From positions 1 to 27,059 of the forward strand of contig JBCCQY010000124.1 of assembly GCA_039208735.1 (NCBI GenBank): DNA of 27,059 nt, in the 5' to 3' direction. Origin of the DNA: Myxococcota bacterium. GTDB taxonomy: Bacteria; Myxococcota_A; UBA796; GCA-2862545. Below, in pieces: positions 10,301-16,427 of this stretch (position 1 is the stretch's first letter; each line of letters starts with the position of its first letter). The notes beneath the pieces are model-generated. The model searched no databases. It worked only from the letters and a program-made list of their open reading frames with translations, and was not told where the DNA came from. The translations under genes and the position numbers were made by a program.

Positions 10301-11641
10301 TCGCTTCGCCGCTTCGCCGGCCCGCTCCTGCACGCGCTCCACCCGGGCCGAAGCCATTTGCTCGACGGCATGCGCCAGCTTCTGGTGGGCGGTTTCAGCG
10401 TATTCTTTGACCTTGACAAGGGCTGCCTCCGCTTCGTCGGCCGCCTGGTTTGCCGTCTCGCCATTCGGCGCACTGCCCGCGCGCAGCAGCGCCTGCTGCA
10501 CCTGACGAGACGACTCTTCCGCCGCCGCCATCGCCACATCCGCGTCGTTCACGATCTCGGAGATCCGTGGCAGGGTGCGGTCGAGTTCACTCTGACGTTG
10601 GTCGAGCGCCGTCACGAGCAGGGTCACGGTCTCATGTGCTTCATCGACGGCACGCTGGGCACGTTCCTCGGCGGCTCGACGTTCTGGATCGTTGGGTAGG
10701 AGATCGGCAATGCGAAAGGCGGAAGGAAGGTCTTCTTCCGCATCGGTGATGAACTCTGCAGCGTACTGAACCGCTTCGGCCAGCGAACGACCTTGGGCCT
10801 GGCGGCTCGCCCGATCGACGGCAGCCCACCATCGTTCGGGGTCGGGCACGCGCCCGTCGGTCCGAAGCATCGCCGACACCACGGTCGCGACCACCTCCGG
10901 GACTTCTTGGAGGCTCGTTCGCACATCTCCCCGTTGCGCCAACGCCCATACCGCGGACGCACTGCCCCGATAGACGGGGAGGCCCGTGGCAAGCTCAACC
11001 GCCATTAAGCACAGCGCGAACAGGTCGCTCTCGACCCCCTCCGGGTGGCCCTCGAGCCGCTCGGGCGGCACGTAGCGAAGTCGGGTGGGAGCAGGGAGCT
11101 CCGTCCCCCCACTGAGGTACGCCTCAACATCGAAGGGTGGAATGCCGTAGCCCAAAACCACGGGATGCCCTGTTTCATCGACGGTAGCGAACCACGCGTC
11201 GAGCCCACCGTGATTCAATAGCCCACGATCATGCCCCGCAATGCCCACATCGATCATCGTGCGGGCCGTGCTGGCGAGCCATTGGAGGACGGCCCGGGGG
11301 CCCATCCCGCCATCTTCAGCAAAGACCGCCGCAAGCTCATGGACCGAACGCACGGGGCGACCCGTACGGTAGACCAGCAAGCCTGGCCGCACCGCGGCGA
11401 GTGGAGCGATGCCGTCGACGAGGGGCCACTCGAGAAAGTCCCGCACCGGCGCGAGGGCATGGCCAAACGCCTCGTGGATGGGTCGGGGATCGGCGAACGC
11501 CACGGCAACGTGATGCCCCGTGGCATGACTAAGATCGATGAAATCAGCGATGGGACCGAGCAATTTACGGCCCATCGGACGCATTTCTTCGAAGCGCGCG
11601 GTTCGGGAAGCCGACCGGTTCGTGGGGTCGCTGCTGGCCAA
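4310..11641 (-). CDS. Giant 2443-aa protein: N-terminal pseudokinase, long Ala/Glu/Arg helical repeat rod, Pro/Glu linker and acidic tail
   Basis: Uninterrupted ORF with TTG start and GGAG upstream. Kinase C-lobe motifs RYVPPE and SDLFAL are present, but the catalytic motifs are degenerate. Confidence 0.88.
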   Translation of the reverse strand: MASSDPTNRSASRTARFEEMRPMGRKLLGPIADFIDLSHATGHHVAVAFADPRPIHEAFGHALAPVRDFLEWPLVDGIAPLAAVRPGLLVYRTGRPVRSVHELAAVFAEDGGMGPRAVLQWLASTARTMIDVGIAGHDRGLLNHGGLDAWFATVDETGHPVVLGYGIPPFDVEAYLSGGTELPAPTRLRYVPPERLEGHPEGVESDLFALCLMAVELATGLPVYRGSASAVWALAQRGDVRTSLQEVPEVVATVVSAMLRTDGRVPDPERWWAAVDRASRQAQGRSLAEAVQYAAEFITDAEEDLPSAFRIADLLPNDPERRAAEERAQRAVDEAHETVTLLVTALDQRQSELDRTLPRISEIVNDADVAMAAAEESSRQVQQALLRAGSAPNGETANQAADEAEAALVKVKEYAETAHQKLAHAVEQMASARVERVQERAGEAAKRWAQLEALAAEASWLPRLADEAQQRLTQARLSYRSTQLLPEGAPPTDEEQLAAMGELQSQIEEMETLADQARSVRQAEGHVRTIEELQRKHPEHAEKLARHAQAAREAAIEGRSAPNLNVAKAAAERARQEATAAQAVGSFLQAIQVDANEAVSQIIAAHAQVTEAYEAMPHDEIAAVQGLVGRALATVQEDQTQAATQLVVATEAAERAIELRQQLTRRVTRARQQASDQLEQVTMAAATVVAASLAGPLEQLRNQVEATQAAQLPEPAEAAAAEVASLARELMRQVGGVQAELQELRNRARQTIARLPNSIDVERFDALRAQADQLEEVLDPAVLQGEVEQIRNTVDGWLVELAQAQAQLQDAKERGRKALATAEAEHLAAPAEMVVEREGEATEPVDLGAMVEQVQALVAQLEATADPTAAQDLAQRAEDVADQVASIAGAGREAMVQRISEAQAAAGALVSRILAEQSEAHAVELQAAFTRALDLANRAEQGDDLNAIQRDLAAARAAFEQAHQHRQAEVAHLHSLHERAKSAIVAANALLESASQPGVRHHVEAVHTAVEQVRTTNDPELAAQAVEAAEMSMQAARQVANEAMSAARARARAAVDHAHRVLERHDEGEVRLYAEAARVAGEIAATAESCNEVVQAADRAEVAAKAVEIARAQAAVERASAALARSDGPDVRLAIEEARQAVGDAEDADSLAAATRAADAATMAAEAAHKAAGRLAEVHDQLRARAQEALRAAQRAATETQVAVVRELASQGEAAMAVLQSADSLDAAEVALQQIEAAALQAQQHATVFADQREAEIVRATAAVSRIERARTAAEESEHVVRIADAADLRLAEARATRDAAELNALVNGIEALAEQADGALSEYLGAVADTAQQAIATLARAEALLDETSDEEVRQIVARARTAARRAEEDETLPAMQQAAALAQQALDAVQQKVQSEQATARQAVQEQGLAILLRIETAGEGFDDPRFAEHVQAIRDALDRIGAAVDTQTAQAEVAAAAASAEAAQSVVDSRLEVLRHRAREAANRASQIDGPGAPAAVRQWIESASKASEEVGRAINVAAAEESADQAEYAANSAVKLATEHRQALEEIQERAVTARNRAEELIGRAPPDGMRAVEAARVAADEALSATEVPVAMAAAQRAETSANEALSITDASRGVVEAHRARVAAAMRRIEQASWEADEVVVKDSLTIVKNLTETVKASADPAVTEPAAKAAEEAAERAEAAIADRRQRVAAVRQRADDARGRAEGLLGLSGAEEVKQGVEIARAAADRAAAAEDLETAKEALIEAEQAIAQAQRVAHAEVEQRTTARRRAQRALGGVQTLLDEIDTEAMHKALATAKEAVAQASNASVVEVAARAAEAAEAALADAEQEAQAYRAQLKAERALAREANEAARAVLLRARGSTVEKAVDAARRAFDAAMAATSVDQAQAAAARASEAAQLASTLADQAQQACAEAREQAHAAVSSARECLRELSSEQVQRKVDDAIAAAERADKAIAPEVARQAAEAAEVAAKGAREEVEIRHVQLQAGQAKERVASLLVPDLPQEAPPELKQQHQALRQALVGVDQAVVAVQGARGLEATKARAEVAQKAASDVLARFEALQEAIRVWQAQRRRQAATDVRPAEDLLQKVRAETAEVRRIAPKSAYGVLSEADLADSDAATAVELAQRAAEAGDPDGVTQGLEGLRKALTRAQQAMKTAQMALQIEAQRKAAKVRQALRSALDEAEAMRLDAQSLLERVVDEDAKWHASRAAEAAAAARDAAQRAGAAEPSDASIDLVERGLRRAQAALETAFNEAPSGARTQQRSARPGERNRALEQLEAVREVKKPKPAPEPTFKAEPINPDTAPLPNYRRPVPDDPGPASTFDAHDPFAPDAEPAPEPEPEPAPEPGPAPAPASVAGPDREPEPPPYAEDAVTEMPGATLDVEHPAPFEADELSEDDIDLSETEGLLDEAELAETIAMDREAMRRRAESDEADV
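4560..4620 (-). repeat. Pro/Glu/Ala low-complexity linker (EPAPEPEPEPAPEPGPAPAP)
   Basis: Repeated GGCTCC/GGCGCGGGTTC units at the DNA level. Confidence 0.7.
5690..9870 (-). repeat. About 19 degenerate ~74-aa tandem protein repeats (predicted three-helix units)
   Basis: Three consecutive units counted at exactly 74 aa: IADRRQ...AQRV, AHAEVE...AEQE and AQAYRA...ASTL. Recurring pattern R.RA..A..RAE.LL....EV..AVE.AR.A...A.....A..AA..AE.AA. Boundaries are approximate. Confidence 0.75.
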
Positions 11642-11745
11642 GGTCGCTCCAGGGTCAGGGGAGCTTACTGTGCCGCCACCTCGTGTGCCGCCGATCCCAT
11701 CGCCGCGCGGAACACATCACGCCGAAAGGCATGGAGGTACGCGCG

Positions 11746-12549
11746 TCAACGGTCCTTTTGGTGGGAGGCGTCGTTGAGCGCCCAATCATACTCGAAGAAG
11801 CGATGGGGGCACCCGTCTGCGGAGAGCGATTCGAGCCGGTCCCGGCGTTGGCCCTTGCTGTACTGGCTTGCGATGGCACAGGGATCGAGGCCCGCCGAGA
11901 AGAATTCGAAGTCGCCCGCGAACCAATCGAAGATCGGGTTGAACACCGCGACGTCATCTTCGATGCGCACTCCCCGGGCCTCATCGCGCATCCAACGGTG
12001 CATCTGGTCGGTAAGCTGGTTCCGAAGATCGGCCCCCCGTACCGCGTACAGTTCGTTGCGCAGCGGAGGACAGGACATTGAGGCGCAGTTGAGCGCAGCG
12101 TGGTCGCGAAGGTCGAGTTCGAGCTGCCGCACGCGCTCATGCTCGATCTCGGACAACGAAAGCCATTCCCCACGGACCAGGAACGCCGTCTCAAAGAAGA
12201 ATCGCGACCCGGCTCGCGGCAACCACCCCCGAGGCTCCTGGACCGACGAGGGCCGGTCCCGCTCGAGCACCTGAAACATGGACAACGCGTTGTAGGCGTT
12301 GAGGAAACGCCCATGCCAGTCGCGCCCGGACTTACCGGGCCACGACGCCGGATCACCGATGAACGCGATGTAGGCGTCAAGCGGGCCTCGGTCCGCCTCA
12401 AGCGCGTCGTAGTCGACGTAGCCATCGGGCGTCACGACCTTGGCGAGGAGGCTGTCGTAGTCCTCCCGCACTGTGGGCGGCACATCAGCGGTGGATCGCA
12501 TGCCCTGTCGGCACCCCGAAAGGGCCACCAATCCAAGCCAAAGCGTCAT
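11746..12549 (-). CDS. DUF547-domain lipoprotein
   Basis: Lipobox LSGC. Motifs YDSLL...DGYVDY, FLNAYNAL, LSEIEH, HAALNCASMSCPPL, IFDWFAGDF and YDWALND. Confidence 0.88.
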   Translation of the reverse strand: MTLWLGLVALSGCRQGMRSTADVPPTVREDYDSLLAKVVTPDGYVDYDALEADRGPLDAYIAFIGDPASWPGKSGRDWHGRFLNAYNALSMFQVLERDRPSSVQEPRGWLPRAGSRFFFETAFLVRGEWLSLSEIEHERVRQLELDLRDHAALNCASMSCPPLRNELYAVRGADLRNQLTDQMHRWMRDEARGVRIEDDVAVFNPIFDWFAGDFEFFSAGLDPCAIASQYSKGQRRDRLESLSADGCPHRFFEYDWALNDASHQKDR

Positions 12550-12662
12550 GGAGACGCCTCAACCGGGGCCACCGAGCGCACGTTGCCCTCGTACAACCAC
12601 CACGAAGACAGCGCTGCGGTGACGAACATGACGACCAAGAAGGTGATGACCCGACGAACCAT
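12546..12662 (-). CDS. Small 38-aa single-TM protein (MVRRVITFLVVMFVTAALSSWWLYEGNVRSVAPVEASP); not in the ORF track
   Basis: Basic N-terminus followed by a hydrophobic helix. Its TGA overlaps the DUF547 ATG (ATGA). Confidence 0.6.
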   Translation of the reverse strand: MVRRVITFLVVMFVTAALSSWWLYEGNVRSVAPVEASP

Positions 12663-12693
12663 GGACCGCAACTAACCCCGGACCCAGGTCAAT

Positions 12694-12743
12694 CTTGTTT
12701 GACACCGTTTAACTCAATCATAAGATGAACGGTGTTCAACAAG
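12694..12743. promoter_or_regulatory. Operator-like inverted repeat overlapping the promoter
   Basis: CTTGTTTGACACCGTT (12694-12709) and AACGGTGTTCAACAAG (12728-12743) are 14/16 complementary. Internal palindrome TGAAC-GGT-GTTCA at 12726-12738. Confidence 0.6.
12699..12726 (+). promoter_or_regulatory. Sigma70-type promoter for the SRPBCC gene
   Basis: TTGACA (12699-12704), 16-bp spacer, TAAGAT (12721-12726) in an AT-rich patch. SD AAGGAG at 12741-12746. Confidence 0.7.
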
Positions 12744-12751
12744 GAGTGAAC

Positions 12752-13237
12752 ATGTCCATGCTCTCCGTTCTCGTGATCGCAACCGCCGTTTCTGCCTCCG
12801 CCGAACGTGCTGAAGGCTCCATTCGCAACTTCACCCACACCGAGGTCACCACCGCCGCACCGAACGAGGTGTGGGCTCGGTGGATGGACGTCGCAGGCTG
12901 GCCTACCTGGGATACCGAGCTGACCTCCGCGCAGGCGGATGCTCCGCTCGCCCTTGGCGTGACCGGCACGCTCGAGAGTGGCGGCCGGACCTCACCGTTC
13001 GAAGTCATCGGGTTCGAACCCGATCGCCGCTACACCTACGAAGTGCCGCTGCCTGCGGGTCGCCTCGTGGTCGAGCGACACCTCGAACCCCTCGACAACG
13101 GCGGCACGCGCTTCACCCACACCGTGTCGCTCAAAGGGTTCGGGGGCTGGTTGCTCGGCCCGATGCTCGGACGAGGGTTCCGCGCGGCGCTTCCCGGCGT
13201 CATGCAGGCACTCAAAAACCAGGCTGAAGCCGGGTGA
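12752..13237 (+). CDS. SRPBCC/START-like (polyketide cyclase/dehydrase-type) ligand-binding protein with a predicted signal peptide
   Basis: APNEVWARWMDVAGWPTWD, EPDRRYTY, GTRFTH and a C-terminal helix LPGVMQALK. Start reassigned to ATG 12752, downstream of the SD. Confidence 0.85.
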   Translation: MSMLSVLVIATAVSASAERAEGSIRNFTHTEVTTAAPNEVWARWMDVAGWPTWDTELTSAQADAPLALGVTGTLESGGRTSPFEVIGFEPDRRYTYEVPLPAGRLVVERHLEPLDNGGTRFTHTVSLKGFGGWLLGPMLGRGFRAALPGVMQALKNQAEAG

Positions 13238-13280
13238 TCCGACTCGCCTAGGCTTCGCTTGCTTCCGTCGGCCAACCCTC

Positions 13281-13306
13281 TTACAAACAGTCATGACTGT
13301 TTTTAA
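13281..13306. promoter_or_regulatory. Palindromic operator, probably TetR-type
   Basis: TTACAAACAGTCATGACTGTTTTTAA has a perfect 18-bp core AAACAGTCATGACTGTTT (13285-13302), just upstream of SD GGAGG (13313-13317). Confidence 0.75.
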
Positions 13307-13322
13307 GCCGTAGGAGGTTTGA

Positions 13323-14198
13323 GTGACCGTGCAAGCTTCACAACTTCGCCCAGATGGGGTGAATGTGACCTACCGGCGCATGCGCTTTGACTTCGAGGAG
13401 GGCTTCGATCGGTACTGGCACGGGGGCTCGGCGTTCCGCAGCCTGTTCTGGACCCAACTGTCCACTGCCTTTCAGCCCGGAGAACGGTTCTTCATCGACT
13501 CCGCTCGCGCTCTGAAAGGCACCCTCGACGATCCGGCCCAACTCGAAGAGCTCGTCGAGTTCTGCAAGCAGGAGGGTCACCACACCGCCCAGCATCTGGC
13601 GTTTGACCGAATGAACGCAGCCAAGGGCATCGACATTGACGGGTGCCGGGACCGCTACACGTGGTGGCTCGATCTAGGTCGCCGGGTGCTCGGGCCCTAC
13701 CGTCAACTCGGCATCACCTGCGCTCTCGAACACTTTACGTCCAGCCTCGCCGACCGGTTGTTCGCGGTGCCCGAGATGACCGAAGGCGCCGATCCCCGCG
13801 TGCTCGCCCTGTGGACGTGGCATGCGATCGAAGAAGCCGAGCACCGTGGCACCTGTCACGACGTGTTCGTCGCGGCCGGTGGCTCCTACTTCACCCGCGT
13901 TTCGACCCTGTTCACGGCGTGGGGTCTCATCCTCGCCGTCTCGCTCGTCAACACGTTCCGGTTGCTGTGGCAAGACGGTCAGCTCTTCACCCGAGACACG
14001 TGGCGAGGACTTGGCTACCTGTTCGGGCGCCGCGGCATCGTGACGGGACTATTCCCGGTGTTTCTTCGTTATTTCCGACCCGGCTTCCATCCATGGCAGG
14101 AGCCCGTGGTGATCGACGGGGACGTCATCGCGCAATGGCAGGTCGACAACGCCCGCCACATCATCGCCGTCGGCTCAACGCGGGCGATGGGAGCCTAA
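13323..14198 (+). CDS. Predicted metal-dependent hydrolase (PF10118-like, ferritin-like dimetal motifs)
   Basis: GERFFIDS, QEGHHTAQH, ALEHFT, WHAIEEAEH and YFRPGFHPW. GTG start with GGAGG. Confidence 0.88.
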   Translation: MTVQASQLRPDGVNVTYRRMRFDFEEGFDRYWHGGSAFRSLFWTQLSTAFQPGERFFIDSARALKGTLDDPAQLEELVEFCKQEGHHTAQHLAFDRMNAAKGIDIDGCRDRYTWWLDLGRRVLGPYRQLGITCALEHFTSSLADRLFAVPEMTEGADPRVLALWTWHAIEEAEHRGTCHDVFVAAGGSYFTRVSTLFTAWGLILAVSLVNTFRLLWQDGQLFTRDTWRGLGYLFGRRGIVTGLFPVFLRYFRPGFHPWQEPVVIDGDVIAQWQVDNARHIIAVGSTRAMGA

Positions 14199-14771
14199 CA
14201 GGAGGGTGGCCAGTTGCTTGATGGCGTCGAGCGCCGCTTTCGTGCCCTCGGGATTGCCCCTTGCGAGGTTTCGCATCGCAAGGCCTTGGAGCACCGCCGT
14301 GCCCAGGGTGGGCAACACGTCGAGTTCGGGTCGATCCTCGACATCGAACAAGGTGCGAAAGTTCTCGTCGATCACCGCCTGCAATGCCTGGCCCGCTTCC
14401 GCGACAAACGCCTGGAGCGCGGGCTGGGTCCGCGCCGCAACGGTGAGTTCGAGCCAGGGTACAAATGCCTCTTCGGCGCCGACGGCCTCCCAGAACGCCT
14501 CGATGACCGTCGCAACGGGATCATCACCCTTGGCTTGGGCCAGCGCGTGATGAAAGGCTTCTTCGCGCTTGCGAAGTACGTAGGCGAGGACCTCCTGCAT
14601 GAGGACGGCCTTTGTGGGGAAATGATGCAGCATCGCCCCTCGAGACACCCCCGCCTCCTTCACGATGCGGGTGGTGGTGGCATCGGCGAACCCGTGCTCG
14701 ACGAGGACCCGCACCGCAGCTTCCAACACGCGGGCCCGGGTGGCCTCGCTCCGTTCACGTTGACTCGCCAT
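14175..14771 (-). CDS. TetR/AcrR family transcriptional regulator
   Basis: TRARVLEAA...GFADATTTRIVKEAGVSRGAMLHHFPTK helix-turn-helix. Confidence 0.95.
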   Translation of the reverse strand: MASQRERSEATRARVLEAAVRVLVEHGFADATTTRIVKEAGVSRGAMLHHFPTKAVLMQEVLAYVLRKREEAFHHALAQAKGDDPVATVIEAFWEAVGAEEAFVPWLELTVAARTQPALQAFVAEAGQALQAVIDENFRTLFDVEDRPELDVLPTLGTAVLQGLAMRNLARGNPEGTKAALDAIKQLATLLLGSHRPR

Positions 14772-14783
14772 GACCCCGTCAGC

Positions 14784-16427
14784 CTATCGCACCCGCCGGA
14801 TCTGCAAGCTCAGACGGGAGCGACTCGGCTTACCGGTGGCCGTAAGCTCGAAGACCGCTCCGTCGTCATCGGCCACGTAGAGCACATCGCCCTCCGCAAC
14901 CTGGACCTTCTCGTGGGTGATGTCTCCAAACACGGCCTCGTTCGTGCTCAGCTTCTCGGTCAGTTCCGCATCTTCGTAGAACCCGACGGTCGTGTAGGTG
15001 TATTCACGGTCGGGAACCCCTGTGCGACGAGGAATATCGTCGGGTTGAACGAACCAGAGCCAGTCCTCAACCGTGTCGCCATCGATGCGTGGCCGGTAAA
15101 AGACGTCCGGCGCCCCCACCCCATTTTCGGTGACCGCGACGGCCAACGGCCGCACGGCTTCGGGGTTGGCGGCCAGGTTCGCCTCCACCTGCTCGGTCAG
15201 CCCTTTGGCATCGAACCCAAGCGAAACGTCGGCGAGTTCGAAGATGGCCTGCGCCTGTCCCTCGACGATGCCCCCATCATGCAGCCGGGTTTGCGAGATC
15301 TCCAGCACGATGTCCCACAACAGGCGCGGAGGAGGCGGTGGTCCCACATCGGCAAACGTCGTGAACGTCGCCACCCCCGCCTCGTCGAGGACAGCGTTGA
15401 ATACCGGCGTTCCGGTGCCGAGGCGGTAGGTGAGTTCGATGGGGTCCAGCTCAACGGCTTTGGCAAACGCCGCTTCGATGAGCACCCGCTCAAAGGCCCA
15501 GGGCGGCAACGAAAAGGCAGGGCTGCCAAACCGATCGTCAAGCGCCGGCGTAGGTCCTTGAAACTCCGCATCTTCGGTCACCACCAAGGCCAGGGAGCCC
15601 ACCGACGGCTCGGGCACCAGCCCTTCGATCGAAATCCAATCCGGCCGCTCGGTCGCAAACAACGATTCGATCTGGCTCCCAATGGGGTTTTGCCGAGCCC
15701 CACTCGCGTCGGTCAAGTCGACCCCCGCAAAGGGCAGCGGATTGGCGTTGACGAGAAACGCCACCGCGAAGTTCTCGCCCAGCACCTGGACATCCGACGC
15801 CGCGGCCAAGAAACCGGGGTGTCGTCCCAACGGCGTGTCGGCGGGCCCAAAGCGTTCCGCAAGGTCGTCAAAGCCACGCAGCAGGTCGCCCATCGACACG
15901 GGCAACGCGCCCTCCCGGGCGGCGGGATGGCTGGCCACCAGACCCTGTGCGAGCGCGGGCACGAGCACCTCTGCGGGAAGCAGGGGCTCGGTCACCCCCA
16001 CCGCGAAGAGGTCTGCGAGGGGTCGCGCGATGGGAATGCCCACCGCGCCCGACAGGGCCTCCAGCGGTTCGAGCGACGTGCCCTCGAGCGACAGCGAGTC
16101 CGCCGAGGCCGCGATGAGCTGTTGAAGGTTCGAGGACGCAGGATCGAGCCGTTGTCGCTCGGCCGCCGACAGCGCCCCAAGACGTCGCACGATGCCATCG
16201 ACCATCGGGGTCAACGGCAAGTCGACAAGCCACACCTCATCGAGGACCTCTGGCGGAAGGGCGCGCAGATCGGCCTCATCGAGTTCGAGGCGGAACCCTT
16301 CCACATCGAAGGGAAAGGTGTGCAGCACGACTTCGCGAGTGTCGCCCACCATCAGGGGCATCGGGGATGGATCGACCGGAGGCGTCCCGGTCATGCATGC
16401 GAACAGGGCCCACATCACCGTGCTCAT
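14784..16427 (-). CDS. Hypothetical lipoprotein B (547 aa), paralog of 16424-18175
   Basis: Start reassigned to ATG 16427 by ATGA overlap with the upstream stop. Lipobox-like LFAC. Shares blocks with lipoprotein A. Confidence 0.8.
   Translation of the reverse strand: MSTVMWALFACMTGTPPVDPSPMPLMVGDTREVVLHTFPFDVEGFRLELDEADLRALPPEVLDEVWLVDLPLTPMVDGIVRRLGALSAAERQRLDPASSNLQQLIAASADSLSLEGTSLEPLEALSGAVGIPIARPLADLFAVGVTEPLLPAEVLVPALAQGLVASHPAAREGALPVSMGDLLRGFDDLAERFGPADTPLGRHPGFLAAASDVQVLGENFAVAFLVNANPLPFAGVDLTDASGARQNPIGSQIESLFATERPDWISIEGLVPEPSVGSLALVVTEDAEFQGPTPALDDRFGSPAFSLPPWAFERVLIEAAFAKAVELDPIELTYRLGTGTPVFNAVLDEAGVATFTTFADVGPPPPPRLLWDIVLEISQTRLHDGGIVEGQAQAIFELADVSLGFDAKGLTEQVEANLAANPEAVRPLAVAVTENGVGAPDVFYRPRIDGDTVEDWLWFVQPDDIPRRTGVPDREYTYTTVGFYEDAELTEKLSTNEAVFGDITHEKVQVAEGDVLYVADDDGAVFELTATGKPSRSRLSLQIRRVR

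Noticed and set aside
4310..11641. Giant protein as a phage tape measure, SMC protein or chemoreceptor
   Set aside because: No phage genes nearby, no Walker motifs or hinge, and no MCP hairpin signature or TM helices.
11668..11692. TGTGCCGCC direct repeat upstream of the giant gene
   Set aside because: Two short GC-rich copies, compatible with chance.
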